DNA from: an uncultured Clostridia bacterium | GTDB taxonomy: Bacteria > Bacillota > Clostridia > Oscillospirales > Ruminococcaceae | Direction: 5' to 3' | DNA: 64,000 nucleotides | Assembly (NCBI GenBank): GCA_947627875.1 | Contig: CANQXS010000008.1 | Coordinates: 18,680 to 82,679 of the forward strand | Shown here: one piece after another, positions 43,750 through 53,930 of the stretch | Layout of the letters: each line of letters opens with the position of its first letter | How positions within the stretch are numbered: position 1 is the first letter of the stretch | Notes under the pieces: model-generated | Database searches by the model: none | What the model saw: only the letters and a program-made list of their open reading frames with translations | What the model was told of the DNA's origin: nothing | Translations under genes and position numbers: made by a program

Positions 43750-44944
43750 CGCCGTTTTCCTCCTCATCTTCAGCTTCGTCTTCCTCCTCGGAGGGCTCTT
43801 CGAACTGCTCCTCGGACAAAGATTCTTCGGGCTCGCCGTCGGGCTCTTCGGAGGTCTCGGCATCTTCAACGCCTTCCGCAAGGATATGCTCGGAAACGGC
43901 GGCGTCGGCGTTCTTGCCGCGGCGGTTGCGCGAAGCCTGAAGCTTTTCGTCCTTGAGCCTCAGAAGCTCTTTCGATTCCTCGGTCTCGTAATAGAAGGTG
44001 TTGCCGTTTTTCTTTATGAGAATGTATTTTACCGTAAGAAGTACTATCGAGAATATAACGCAGGTTCCCGCGACGAGCTGAGAGACCTTGAGCGGAGTCC
44101 CGGGGATAAAGAGGCTGTCGGTCCTGAGGGCTTCTATCCAGAATCTGCCCGCGCCGTACCAGCCGATATAGAGAAGGAATATCTCGCCGTCGAACTTGCG
44201 GAATTTCTTGGAGTAGAAATGGAGCACGAGGAAGCCTATAAGGCACCAGAGCGACTCATAGAGGAAGCAGGGGTGTGCAGCCATATCGGTCGCGCGGTTT
44301 GTGATGACGCTCACGTTTTCGGGGTAATAGTAGAAATAAAGCCCGTTCGGTCCGCTGAGTATCTTGTTGCTTATCATCGCCCAGGGGAGGGAGGTTTTTG
44401 TTCCGAACGCCTCTTGGTTGAAGAAGTTGCCCCAGCGCCCGATGCACTGACCTATTAAGAGCCCGAGACCCATAAGGTCGAGCATAGGGGTTATCTTTAC
44501 TTTTCTTATCATCGCCGTTACGCCGCCGAATATCAGCGCGCCGATAACTCCTCCGTAAACGGCAAGACCGCCGTCGCGGATTCGGAGCACGGCTCCTATA
44601 TCGAGCCCGCCCTCATCGGTGAGGTATGCACTGAGGCGGAAGATAACGTAATAGGCTCTCGCACCGATTATCGCGCCGACGAGACCCGCAAGAACGACGT
44701 CTATCGCCCTGTCGGAATCGAGACCGAATTTTCTCATGCGCCTTGAAGCATAGATCACCGCAAGGAGCATTCCGAGGGCAATAAGGAAGCCGTACCAGTA
44801 GATATCGAGGGTAGTGTCGTTGAACCAAGGAATCGAGAAGATGACGTTGTTTATTTTCAGACCGTTGGGGAAAAGCCAATCGCAGTAGGGAAAATATATA
44901 ACGTCCTCAGTCTCGAGCAGTTCGCGTATAAAATCAACTGTCAT
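43733..44944 (-). CDS. lgt: Prolipoprotein diacylglyceryl transferase with an acidic C-terminal extension
   Basis: [12 protein letters not shown] and [13 protein letters not shown] are present. The start is taken at MTVDFIREL (GAGGA RBS). The last 60 aa or so are Glu/Asp-rich. Confidence 0.88.
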   Translation of the reverse strand: MTVDFIRELLETEDVIYFPYCDWLFPNGLKINNVIFSIPWFNDTTLDIYWYGFLIALGMLLAVIYASRRMRKFGLDSDRAIDVVLAGLVGAIIGARAYYVIFRLSAYLTDEGGLDIGAVLRIRDGGLAVYGGVIGALIFGGVTAMIRKVKITPMLDLMGLGLLIGQCIGRWGNFFNQEAFGTKTSLPWAMISNKILSGPNGLYFYYYPENVSVITNRATDMAAHPCFLYESLWCLIGFLVLHFYSKKFRKFDGEIFLLYIGWYGAGRFWIEALRTDSLFIPGTPLKVSQLVAGTCVIFSIVLLTVKYILIKKNGNTFYYETEESKELLRLKDEKLQASRNRRGKNADAAVSEHILAEGVEDAETSEEPDGEPEESLSEEQFEEPSEEEDEAEDEEENGDGEAD

Positions 44945-45045
44945 AAAACGATCCTCATTTCTTGTTAAGCTGCCGGAAATCATAGAACGCTTATATTCTA
45001 CCACAATGCAAAGGATTATGCAAGACAATTTTTAATTTTGAAGGA

Positions 45046-45078
45046 CAAAAAAATCCGCCCTTTTCAGGCGGATTTTTA
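45046..45078 (-). terminator. Intrinsic terminator downstream of abrB (bidirectional shape)
   Basis: AAAAAAA ATCCGCC cttttca GGCGGAT TTTTT. Confidence 0.7.
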
Positions 45079-45153
45079 TGATTGAAGATGCAAAACCGTA
45101 ATATGCGGCGCTGCCGCGGCATAATATTTACCGTGGACAGCCGTGACCGGCTC

Positions 45154-45396
45154 TCAGATAGACTTGAGCTTGTCGAGGCAGTCCTTGCAGACGATCTTTC
45201 CTTCAAAGCGCCTCACGTCGTCTGCGTTGCCGCAGAAAATGCAGCTGTCGGTGTACTTCCTGAGAATAATGCTGTCGCCGTCGGTGAAGATCTCTATGGG
45301 GTCTTTTTCCTTGATGTCCATAGTCTTTCTCAGCTCCATGGGAACGACAATTCTTCCCAGCTCGTCGACTTTTCTAACAATGCCAGTAGATTTCAT
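45154..45396 (-). CDS. abrB: AbrB/SpoVT-family transition-state regulator with a C-terminal CxxC...CxxC tail
   Basis: MKSTGIVRKVDELGRIVVPMELRKTMDIKEKDPIEIF with AAGGAGGA RBS. The ORF-track start is too early. Confidence 0.85.
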   Translation of the reverse strand: MKSTGIVRKVDELGRIVVPMELRKTMDIKEKDPIEIFTDGDSIILRKYTDSCIFCGNADDVRRFEGKIVCKDCLDKLKSI

Positions 45397-45631
45397 AATT
45401 GTCCTCCTTGATGATATAAAGTGATTGCCTGTTTCGGTTACGAACGTTGAGGTTGGGGCGAATGCTCTTTTGGGCATTCTCGGGGAGCGTTAAATAATAC
45501 AAAAACAGATGCCGTCGCTCTTAATATCCTTGGTGCTCAGACCTTCTGTATCCGGTTTTCGACATATTACCATAATTTTTATAATTTGTCAATACACAAT
45601 TTCGACAAAAAAACGCTAAAAAGGTACCAAA

Positions 45632-46213
45632 ATGATAGGTTATTTGCTTTTTTTTATGATTTTGGGGTCGTTTGCCTATTCCATGTGGGCGGGAACCTCG
45701 GCGGAGGTGTCAGCGGCGGTAATATCCTCGGGAGCCGACGCCGTATCCCTCGTTCTCACCCTCGCGGGGTCGATGGCAGTATGGGGAGGAGTTATGAAGA
45801 TAGCCGAGCGTTCGGGGCTCACCGAAGCCCTCACAAGGGTTATGCAGCCGCTGCTGAGACTGATTTTTCGCGGACTCAAAAAGGAGTCGGAAGCGCTGCG
45901 CTCGATAGCTATGAACCTGAGCGCCAACCTTATGGGGCTCGGCAACGCAGCCACTCCCCTCGGGATAGAGGCTATGCGCGCCCTTGAGCGCGAGGAAAAC
46001 CCGCGCGACGCCGCAACGCCGAATATGATAAAGCTCGCGGTTATGAACGCCTGCTCGGCAGAGGTAATACCCGCGACGGTCGCCGCTCTGAGGGCAGATG
46101 CGGGCAGCCGCGCTCCTATGGAGATACTCCCCTGCGTTCTGCTCGTTTCGTTCGCCTCGCTTGCAGCAGCCCTCGCCGCCGCAGAGCTCTTTGACCTGTG
46201 GAGAAAAGAATGA
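45632..46213 (+). CDS. spmA: Spore maturation protein A (nucleoside-recognition domain)
   Basis: 193-aa polytopic ORF paired with spmB. It has the typical N-terminal pattern and MNLSANLMGLGNAATPLG. Confidence 0.8.
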   Translation: MIGYLLFFMILGSFAYSMWAGTSAEVSAAVISSGADAVSLVLTLAGSMAVWGGVMKIAERSGLTEALTRVMQPLLRLIFRGLKKESEALRSIAMNLSANLMGLGNAATPLGIEAMRALEREENPRDAATPNMIKLAVMNACSAEVIPATVAALRADAGSRAPMEILPCVLLVSFASLAAALAAAELFDLWRKE

Positions 46214-46740
46214 ACCTGAGCGTTATAGCCGTCCCGCTGATAATCTCGCTGATATTCGCCTGGGGACTATATAAGCGGGTGAATATCCTCGACACCTTCA
46301 TCGAAGGCGCGGGGGAAAATCTGAAAACAGCCGTAAGCCTGCTGCCTACTCTTGCGCTTTTGATGCTCGGGGTGGGAATGTTCCGCGCCTCGGGCGCCCT
46401 CGACGCCCTTACGGGGCTTTTATCGCGCTTTACCGACGCGATAGGCTTTCCTCGGGAATGCCTTCCGCTCGCGCTTTTAAGACCCGTCTCGGGAAGCGGC
46501 GCGCTCGCTATACTCAAAAACATTCTCGACGAAAACGGTCCCGACAGCTTCGCGGGCAGAGTCGCGAGCGTTCTTATGGGTTCGACCGAAACGACCTTTT
46601 ATACAATAGCGGTGTATTTCGGCGCGACGAGGGTAAAAAAATCCCGCCACGCGCTTCCTGCCGCGCTGACGGGAGATATTACCGCTTTTCTGCTTTCTTC
46701 GCTTTTGGTCAGGCTGTTTTTCGGCTTCACCGCTCGATGA
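46210..46740 (+). CDS. spmB: Spore maturation protein B
   Basis: ATGA overlap with spmA. MNLSVIAVPLIISLIF...LLRPVSGSGA are present. Confidence 0.8.
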   Translation: MNLSVIAVPLIISLIFAWGLYKRVNILDTFIEGAGENLKTAVSLLPTLALLMLGVGMFRASGALDALTGLLSRFTDAIGFPRECLPLALLRPVSGSGALAILKNILDENGPDSFAGRVASVLMGSTETTFYTIAVYFGATRVKKSRHALPAALTGDITAFLLSSLLVRLFFGFTAR

Positions 46741-47494
46741 AGGGCGTTATGCTCCTCGCCCTGCCGGTCTTTTCGTCGAAATCGACCGACACGCCGTTTA
46801 TAAAGCAGGGAGTCTGTGCCTCGACGAACCTCGTCGGGAACCTGAATCTGAGCTTTGATATTGCAAGCTCCTTCTCTACCCCTAAGACCGATTCCTCCGG
46901 TCCGGTCATTCCGGCGTCGGTTATATAAGCAGTCCCCTTCGGGAGAACGCTGGCGTCGGCGGTCTGGACGTGGGTATGGGTCCCGATAACTGCGGTCACT
47001 CTGCCGTCCAAATAGTAGCCCATCGCCTTTTTCTCGGAGGTCGCCTCGGCGTGAAAATCGAGGATTATATTCGGAGTATCTATTGTTTTAAGAACGCCGT
47101 CGATCACAGTAAAGGGATTGTCGAGCGGCTCTAAATAGGTAACGCCCATAAGGTTTACGACCGCCACGCTCGTTCTGCCCATATCGAGGATATGCACTCC
47201 CCTGCCGATAACTCCCTCGGGAAAGTTTGCGGGGCGGATAAGATGGGGCAGCTCGTCGTAGAGCTTCTGAGCCTCGTGGCGCTTGAAAGCGTGGTTGCCG
47301 GTGGTTATAACGTCGGCTCCGAGCTGGGTTAGCATATTCGCCGAAACGCCGGTTATGCCGTTTCCGGTCGCGGAATTCTCGCCGTTGACAATAAGTATGT
47401 CGGTCTCATAGCGGATGCGCAGCTCCTTTATCTTTGAGGCGAGGAACCTGCACCCCGCCGCTCCGACTACGTCTCCTATAAACATAAGCTTCAT
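46727..47494 (-). CDS. ymdB: YmdB-family metallophosphoesterase (2',3'-cyclic-nucleotide 2'-phosphodiesterase)
   Basis: 255-aa ORF with MKLMFIGDVVG...IVNGENSATGNGIT and DFHAEATSEK. Confidence 0.85.
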   Translation of the reverse strand: MKLMFIGDVVGAAGCRFLASKIKELRIRYETDILIVNGENSATGNGITGVSANMLTQLGADVITTGNHAFKRHEAQKLYDELPHLIRPANFPEGVIGRGVHILDMGRTSVAVVNLMGVTYLEPLDNPFTVIDGVLKTIDTPNIILDFHAEATSEKKAMGYYLDGRVTAVIGTHTHVQTADASVLPKGTAYITDAGMTGPEESVLGVEKELAISKLRFRFPTRFVEAQTPCFINGVSVDFDEKTGRARSITPFIER

Positions 47495-47507
47495 ATGAAT
47501 CGCTCCT

Positions 47508-48233
47508 TTATTCTTCGTCAGTCCCCCAGCCGTCGATGCCCGCGCGGCGCATAGCCCCGAAAACCCTGTCGGTAAAGCCGCGGTCGAGCTTCTCGCGCTC
47601 GGCGATGAATTTCTTTATCTCCTGCCTCATCGTATGGCCGTCGGCGGGGCAGCGGGATCTGACTGCCTCGAGCCCGTTCCGCCTTGCGGCGGCGCTTATT
47701 TCCCACTCCCGCGCAAGGGCGAGCGGACGTATCAGCCCGACGCTGTCGGTCTTCGGCTCGCTCACCGGCGAAAAACAGCCTATCCTACCGACGACGAAGA
47801 GGTTCATAAGAAATGTTTCGACGGCGTCGTCTAAGTGATGCCCGAGGGCGAGCTTGTTGCAGCCCTCTCTTCGCGCGATGTTATGGAGCGCTCCGCGGCG
47901 CATTCTCGCGCAAAGCGAACAGGGGTGGTCTTCCTTTCTTACGTCGAAGACTATGCTCCCGATATGGCTCGGCTCAAGAACGTAGCGGACGCCTTTCTCG
48001 GAACAGAACCGCGCCACCTGCGAATAGTCGCCGTCGACGCCGTTGAAGCGCGGGTCGACTGTCACGGCAATAAGCTCGTAGTCGATACCGATAAAATTTC
48101 TGAGCAGAATAAGCCCGTCGAGCAGGACAAGGCTGTCCTTCCCGCCCGAAACGCCTACCGCTATCCTGTCGCCGTCGGAGAGCATACCGTACTCCGTCAC
48201 GGCTTTGCGCATATATCCGAGAATCTTCTGCAT
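47508..48233 (-). CDS. PP-loop ATPase of the TtcA/tRNA 2-thiocytidine family
   Basis: The start is taken at MQKILGYMRKA. The PP-loop is VGVSGGKDS. CSLCARMRRG is present. Confidence 0.8.
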   Translation of the reverse strand: MQKILGYMRKAVTEYGMLSDGDRIAVGVSGGKDSLVLLDGLILLRNFIGIDYELIAVTVDPRFNGVDGDYSQVARFCSEKGVRYVLEPSHIGSIVFDVRKEDHPCSLCARMRRGALHNIARREGCNKLALGHHLDDAVETFLMNLFVVGRIGCFSPVSEPKTDSVGLIRPLALAREWEISAAARRNGLEAVRSRCPADGHTMRQEIKKFIAEREKLDRGFTDRVFGAMRRAGIDGWGTDEE

Positions 48234-48523
48234 AGTCTCACCCCGCGTAAACATTATACACCGTTTTTTCGGGTTTGAAAAGACCGAACCGCAAAAAAAC
48301 ATCTTAAAAGCGAAATAAGAGAACGAAACCGCTCTCTTACTCCGCCATTTACTTGGAACATTATATTATGAGGATGTCTTTAATTCGGGGAAAAAGCCGC
48401 TTCGCTTTTTCCAATCATTATTATACACAAAAAAACCGATTTGTAAATAGTCATAATGACGAAATTTAGTAGTAGAAAAAATCAATTTAACCTCATTTTC
48501 TACAAATCAGGGCAAAATTGCCG

Positions 48524-48556
48524 GAAAAAGCCCCCCGACGCGCCGCCGAGGGGCTT
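48524..48556 (-). terminator. Intrinsic terminator of pck
   Basis: On the minus strand GCCCCTCGGCGGCGCGTCGGGGGGC is followed by TTTTTCC. Confidence 0.6.
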
Positions 48557-48594
48557 TTCAGAGGAGGCTTTAAAAGCGCTCCGGACTATGCAAT

Positions 48595-50382
48595 TTAAGC
48601 AAGCCTTGCTTCGAGAGCCTTGAGCTCGTCTGACATCTCCTTCGGGAGCTTTTCGCCGAACTTCTTGTAGAACTCTTCGATGCCCTTGGCTTCTTCCTTC
48701 CAGAGGTTCTTATCTACGCTCAGGAGGTCGGCGACGGTCTCGGTGGTGATTCCGTCAAGACCCTCGACGTTGATATCCTCGGGCTTGGGCTCGTAGCCGA
48801 TAGGAGTTTCGACGGCGTCGACGGTGCCTTCGCAGCGGTCGATTATCCAGTCGAGGACGCGCATATTGTCGCCGTAGCCGGGCCAGATGAAGTCGCCGTT
48901 GTCGTCGGTGCGGAACCAGTTGACGTTGAAGATCTTGGGTGCCTTGTCGCCGAGGATCTTGCCCATTTCAAGCCAGTGCGCCCAGTAGTCGCCCATATGG
49001 TAGCCGCAGAACGGGAGCATAGCCATCGGGTCGCGGCGGACGACGCCTACCGCGCCGGTTGCGGCGGCGGTGGTCTCGGAGGCCATTATCGAGCCGACGA
49101 AGGTGCCGTGCTGCCAGTTGAAGGACTGATATACCAGCGGAGCGGTCTTGGCGCGCCTTCCGCCGAAGATTATAGCCGAGATCGGAACGCCGTTGGGGTT
49201 GTTGAACTCGGGAGAAATGCAGGGGCAGTTCTCGGCGGGAGCGGTGAAGCGGGAGTTCGGGTGAGCGAGCTTGTTGCCGGCGGCGACGTATTCGGGTCCG
49301 TTGACCTTTTCGCCCTTCCACTCGGTCGCGTTGACGGGAGGATTCTTATCGAGCTTCTCCCACCAGACGGTCATATCGTCGTTGTTGATAGCGACGTTGG
49401 TGAAGATGGTGTTCTTTCTCGTAGAGGCGAGAGCGTTGTAGTTCGACTTTTCGTTGGTGCCGGGAGCTACGCCGAAGAAGCCGTTCTCGGGGTTGATGGC
49501 GTAGAGCCTGCCGTCCTCGCCGGGCTTGAGCCAGGCGATATCGTCGCCGACGGTCCAAACCTTATATCCCCTCTTGGTGTAGCCCTCGGGAGGAATGAGC
49601 ATCGCGAGGTTGGTCTTGCCGCAAGCCGACGGGAACGCCGCGGTGACATACTTGATTTCGCCGTTGGGCTTCTCGATGCCCAAAATGAGCATATGCTCTG
49701 CCATCCAGCCCTCGTTTTTGCCCTGATAAGAGGCTATTCTGAGGGCGAAGCACTTCTTGCCGAGGAGAACGTTTCCGCCGTATGCGGAGTTTATGGACCA
49801 GATGGTGTTGTCCTCGGGGAACTGAACGATATAGCGCTTCTCGGGGTCAACGTCCGCCTTGGAGTGAAGACCTCTTACGAAGTCGTCCGAGACGTCGCCG
49901 AGGTTCTTGAAGGCGTCGGCGCCCATACGGGTCATTATCGCCATATTGAGGACGACGTAAATCGAGTCGGTGACCTCAACGCCGACCTTTGCAAGAGGCG
50001 AGCCGATAGGTCCCATAGAATAGGGAATGATGTACATTGTTCTGCCCTTCATAACGCCGTCGTACATCGGGGTGAGCTTGGCGTACATCTCCTTGGGGTC
50101 GCACCAGTTGTTGGTCGGACCTGCGTCCTCCTTCTTGCGGGAGCAGATAAAGGTCCTGTCCTCAACTCTTGCTACGTCGTTGGGAAGGGTGCGGTGATAA
50201 AGACAGCCGGGGAGCTTTTCCTCGTTGAGCTTTATCATTTCGCCGGTGGCGATGGCTTCATTTCGCAGACCGTCGAGCTGAGCCTTGCTGCCGTCTATCC
50301 ATACAACTTTATCCGGCTTGCAGAGGGCGATCATCTCGTCGACCCACTTGTTGACATTCGGGTTTTTGGTCAACGTTGACAT
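48595..50382 (-). CDS. pck: Phosphoenolpyruvate carboxykinase (GTP)
   Basis: The start is taken at MSTLTKNPNVNKW. FPSACGKTN and the overall GTP-PEPCK pattern are present. Confidence 0.92.
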   Translation of the reverse strand: MSTLTKNPNVNKWVDEMIALCKPDKVVWIDGSKAQLDGLRNEAIATGEMIKLNEEKLPGCLYHRTLPNDVARVEDRTFICSRKKEDAGPTNNWCDPKEMYAKLTPMYDGVMKGRTMYIIPYSMGPIGSPLAKVGVEVTDSIYVVLNMAIMTRMGADAFKNLGDVSDDFVRGLHSKADVDPEKRYIVQFPEDNTIWSINSAYGGNVLLGKKCFALRIASYQGKNEGWMAEHMLILGIEKPNGEIKYVTAAFPSACGKTNLAMLIPPEGYTKRGYKVWTVGDDIAWLKPGEDGRLYAINPENGFFGVAPGTNEKSNYNALASTRKNTIFTNVAINNDDMTVWWEKLDKNPPVNATEWKGEKVNGPEYVAAGNKLAHPNSRFTAPAENCPCISPEFNNPNGVPISAIIFGGRRAKTAPLVYQSFNWQHGTFVGSIMASETTAAATGAVGVVRRDPMAMLPFCGYHMGDYWAHWLEMGKILGDKAPKIFNVNWFRTDDNGDFIWPGYGDNMRVLDWIIDRCEGTVDAVETPIGYEPKPEDINVEGLDGITTETVADLLSVDKNLWKEEAKGIEEFYKKFGEKLPKEMSDELKALEARLA

Positions 50383-50607
50383 AAAACAATCTCCTTTTCT
50401 ATATAATATGCTTAATATAACTTGGCTTGGGAAAGCGGTTTCCGCAAAAATCGGAAAATCCAACTTTTCCTCGAATACTATTTTATTCTTGTTTTGTCAA
50501 TATGTCAAGGGCGCAAATTCAAATTTCACTGAATTTTCAATAACCGTGTGGAAATAATAAAATTGTTGTGATATAATGAGTAAAATGCACTAAAAGGAGG
50601 CACCATT

Positions 50608-50817
50608 ATGAAATACCTTATAAAGGACACCACCCGCGAGGAGCGCGAATGGATAGTTAAAAACGGTCTCGGCTGCGACGCGAACGAATGCGAGAACTGC
50701 TCTGCCTGCGGGCTTTACGGCGCGGGGAATATGCTCGAAGTCTACGGACCTTATATCGAGGGCTTAAAGGAGCTCAGCGAGATAAACGCGGAATTCCGCG
50801 GCGGGACGGTAAAATAA
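50608..50817 (+). CDS. Small Cys-rich hypothetical protein
   Basis: 69-aa ORF with strong RBS AAGGAGG. It contains CDANECENCSAC. Confidence 0.55.
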   Translation: MKYLIKDTTREEREWIVKNGLGCDANECENCSACGLYGAGNMLEVYGPYIEGLKELSEINAEFRGGTVK

Positions 50818-50854
50818 AATCAAGGCGCTTCCTTAAATCGGGAGCGCCTTTTTC

Positions 50855-51547
50855 TCAGATAAAGAACCTCTTATCGAGCGAGCTCTTGAGCGGCTTGCAG
50901 ACGGCTATCGCTATAAGCAGGAGCCCGACGAGCACGAACGCCGCAAGCGGATAGACCGACCAGAATATGAACTTAAGCTTAAAGGTGATGCAGATAAACA
51001 TCTCGATGAGCATACTGTAGCCTCCGAGGGCTATAAAAGCTCCGCCGAAGATATAGAGCTTCCCCCGCTTTATATATTTGAGCAGCGCGGTCACGGCGGT
51101 TAAGATCAGCGAGCCTATTCCGGCTATCGGGAAGGCAAGCGGCAGGAACCAATGCCCGCCGACGGCGAGGTCGATATATAAAAGATAGAGTATCGCCGAG
51201 GCGCAGGCGCAGGGAATGAATATTACGGGATTCGGATGGCGGAACCAGAACGGCAGGACGAAGGCAACGTATCCGACCGCGAGCCCGCCGATAACGTAGC
51301 CCGACCATACGACCGAGGCATTGAGCTTAAGGTCGATAAGAAGCGTGATTATTACCGGTATGAGAAAGACGAACGTAAGGACGAACATAGCCCCCGCGCG
51401 GTTGAATTTCTTTACCGGAGCGACGTATTCGGGATACGGCTTCTCGCCGTCGGGAACGGGGATATCGGGATGAAAAACTATCGTTTTGCAGAGAGGGCAG
51501 ACCTTTTCGCTGTCCTTAAGCTCTACGCCGCATTTTATGCAGTACAT
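50855..51547 (-). CDS. Zinc-ribbon membrane protein
   Basis: 230-aa ORF. MYCIKCGVELKDSEKVCPLCKT is followed by about six transmembrane segments. It starts 5 nt after the upstream gene ends. Confidence 0.65.
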   Translation of the reverse strand: MYCIKCGVELKDSEKVCPLCKTIVFHPDIPVPDGEKPYPEYVAPVKKFNRAGAMFVLTFVFLIPVIITLLIDLKLNASVVWSGYVIGGLAVGYVAFVLPFWFRHPNPVIFIPCACASAILYLLYIDLAVGGHWFLPLAFPIAGIGSLILTAVTALLKYIKRGKLYIFGGAFIALGGYSMLIEMFICITFKLKFIFWSVYPLAAFVLVGLLLIAIAVCKPLKSSLDKRFFI

Positions 51548-51551
51548 ATAT

Positions 51552-53723
51552 TCACAGCCTTTCCTGATTGCTTTTCGAGTTGCTCTCTATCACGACGTGG
51601 TGACCGAGCCTTACAAGGTTGCGGAAGAATTCCCGCTCGAGCTCGGGCTCCTCGGAACGGCGGATAAAGTTGATCCTGAGGTCGTTTCCGTAGGTGCAGA
51701 CGGCGCAGTTATGGGGCGCTCTCGCCTGGGGTCCGATTATAAAGTCGAAGCCCTTTACATACTCCTTCATTTCGTCAGGGATCTCGACCTTTCCGAGGTT
51801 TGAAAGGGTTATGCAGGCCTGAGCCTCGCCGACGGTATCGAATACCGCTTTCATAACGATGTTCTTTATAAACAGCGGGACGAGCTTTACCGCAAAGACC
51901 TTCTCGGAATTTACGTTTGTCGTAAAGACCGCCTGCATATTCTTCGGAGTTACGCCGAGGGCGAGCTGTTTGCTGACTATCCCGAGTATCTCCTCGAAGG
52001 TGAAGTCCCCCATTCTCGGGTCGACTCCTACGTTCACGACCATAACGAAGTTGCGCATCGTTGTGCTCGGGAAGAGCCTTCTTAAATTCACGGGTATCTG
52101 GACTTTTACCGGCAGACGCCTGTCAAGCTTGAATACTTTACGCTTCTGGATAGTTATCAGCGACATTATCATTACCGTCGAAAGGTAGGCGGTTATAGAT
52201 ACCCCAAGGCTGCGGCAGCGCTCTAACAGGTCGTCTGCGCGAAGAGTTCCGCAGGTGAGATTTAAAAAACCGTCGGGCTCTTTTGTGCCTGTCAAGTGAT
52301 ATGCCTTGCCTTCGCTGCGCTTGAGCCCGACCGCTCCGGCGTTCTCGGCGAAGCTGTCTTCAAGCTCGTCGTCGGTGGGGCTCGCGAGCCTGTCCGCGAC
52401 TCCGCAGGTGTTCGGAACGGTAACTCCGTATTTTTGCGAGATATATTCGGCAAGAAGGGTCTTTAAGAAGATGAGTCCGCCGCTGCCGTCGGTAACGGCG
52501 TGGAAGAATTCAACGGCGATACGGTTTTTATAATAGAGCACCCTTATCGCGCACTGCCTTACCGCCCCGAAGCCGCGCTTCATTATCGGCTGAGGACCGT
52601 CGGGGATTATCTGCGGGGCGTCGGTCTGTTCGAGATAATACCAGAAAACTCCCGCGCGGAGCCGCGAGGATATGAGCGGGAAGCGCTTTACGGTCACCTC
52701 GAGCGCCGACTGCATAACGTCGCGGTCGACAGGCTCGGAAAGCTCGGCGGAAATTCTGAAAACGTTGTGCCAGCCGCGGCGCTTGGAGGCGGGAAAGATG
52801 AGCGCGGCGTTGTCGAGCCTGCGCCAGAAGCGGTTTTCCGAGCCGAGGAGTTTATCCAAGAACCTCCCCATTTTTTCGTAGTCGTTGCGGTATTCCTTAA
52901 GGTTGTAAAGCACATAAGCATGCCAGAGGTTCGGGCGGACTATAAGCTGAGACTTGAAGCCCGATTCGGTCAGCCTTTTGTGCATAAGCACCGAGTCGTC
53001 AAGAAGGACCTCGTCGCCGCCGGCAAATATAAGCGAGGGCGGGAAGTCGGCGTCCTCGGGCTTGAAAAACACCGGCGAGACAAGCGGGTTGGTTCTGTCG
53101 TCGCTGTAACATTCCGCGAAAAACTTGACCCTGTCGGTGGTCATAGAGGGATCGATTTCGTCGTTGACCTTGTGGGAGTTGCCCGAGAGCGTAAGGTCGG
53201 TCCAGGGGGAAATAGCGATTATTCCGGCGGGCTGGGCGAGCCAGAGCTCGTTGAGCTTAAGGCTGAGGGCGTAGCAAAGACCTCCGCCCGCGCTTTCGCC
53301 GCAGAGAACGATCTTGTCGTGGGAAAATCCGCTTTTGAGAAGGTATTCGTAAGCCTCGGCGGCGTCTTCGACGGCGGCGGGAAATGGGTTTTCGGGCGCA
53401 AGGCGGTATGCGCAGCAGAAGACCCTTATTCCGAATTCGTTTGCGAGGACGGTCCCGAAGCCCTTGGCGTAATCGATGTTTCCGCAGGTATAGCCTCCGC
53501 CGTGGAGATAGAGTATGACTCCCGAGAGCTTTTCCTCCTCGGGGATTATCCATTCGCCCTCGAAATTCGCGAACGAGCGGCGCTCGCTGCGCACTCCGGA
53601 ATGATGCGAGGCAGCCATAAAGTCGCCGAGGAGGACGTGGGTCTTCCTCGCGGCGGAGAGCGAGCTTTCGTTTATAAAGTCCTTGAGATATTTAAGGTTC
53701 GCGCGGACAAGTTTTTCGGTCAT
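51552..53723 (-). CDS. Fusion protein: N-terminal alpha/beta-hydrolase-3 (esterase/lipase) and C-terminal condensation/alcohol-acyltransferase-like domain
   Basis: 723-aa ORF. HGGGY and GESAGG form the oxyanion hole and nucleophile elbow. The C-terminal half carries the FHAVTDGSGG (HxxxDG) acyltransferase motif. Confidence 0.75.
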   Translation of the reverse strand: MTEKLVRANLKYLKDFINESSLSAARKTHVLLGDFMAASHHSGVRSERRSFANFEGEWIIPEEEKLSGVILYLHGGGYTCGNIDYAKGFGTVLANEFGIRVFCCAYRLAPENPFPAAVEDAAEAYEYLLKSGFSHDKIVLCGESAGGGLCYALSLKLNELWLAQPAGIIAISPWTDLTLSGNSHKVNDEIDPSMTTDRVKFFAECYSDDRTNPLVSPVFFKPEDADFPPSLIFAGGDEVLLDDSVLMHKRLTESGFKSQLIVRPNLWHAYVLYNLKEYRNDYEKMGRFLDKLLGSENRFWRRLDNAALIFPASKRRGWHNVFRISAELSEPVDRDVMQSALEVTVKRFPLISSRLRAGVFWYYLEQTDAPQIIPDGPQPIMKRGFGAVRQCAIRVLYYKNRIAVEFFHAVTDGSGGLIFLKTLLAEYISQKYGVTVPNTCGVADRLASPTDDELEDSFAENAGAVGLKRSEGKAYHLTGTKEPDGFLNLTCGTLRADDLLERCRSLGVSITAYLSTVMIMSLITIQKRKVFKLDRRLPVKVQIPVNLRRLFPSTTMRNFVMVVNVGVDPRMGDFTFEEILGIVSKQLALGVTPKNMQAVFTTNVNSEKVFAVKLVPLFIKNIVMKAVFDTVGEAQACITLSNLGKVEIPDEMKEYVKGFDFIIGPQARAPHNCAVCTYGNDLRINFIRRSEEPELEREFFRNLVRLGHHVVIESNSKSNQERL

Positions 53724-53773
53724 ATTCCGGTTCCTCTTTCACGTCGGTTGAAATGCTGAGCGCAATTAGGATA

Positions 53774-53802
53774 AGTATAGCATATACTGCGGGAAAATGC
53801 AA
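53774..53802 (-). promoter_or_regulatory. Sigma-A-type promoter (TTGCAT-17 nt-TATACT) for the hydrolase-acyltransferase gene
   Basis: The minus strand reads TTGCAT TTTCCCGCAGTATATGC TATACT. Confidence 0.5.
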
Positions 53803-53818
53803 GAGCGGGCGGTGCCGG

Positions 53819-53930
53819 GGGAGTGTCCCAAACGACCACATTATAAAAAATTATTGTCTGATGATTCGCCGCTACTAATCGCTTTCCATTAACTGCTTTG
53901 GGCTTAAATGTGGGCGGATGGGACACTCCC
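53819..53930 (-). mobile_element. MITE copy C (112 bp), inverted relative to copy B
   Basis: The ends are GGGAGTGTCCCAAACGACCACATT... and ...GGGACACTCCC. The flanking 9-mers CGGTGCCGG (53810-18) and CGGCGCCGG (53931-39) match at 8 of 9. The body aligns with the reverse complement of copy B. Confidence 0.7.

Noticed and set aside
48976-50379. 467-aa plus-strand ORF.
   Set aside because: It is antisense to the GTP-PEPCK gene. It is a shadow ORF with no recognisable motifs.
52500-53759. 419-aa plus-strand ORF.
   Set aside because: It is antisense to the hydrolase-acyltransferase gene, which carries clear catalytic motifs.
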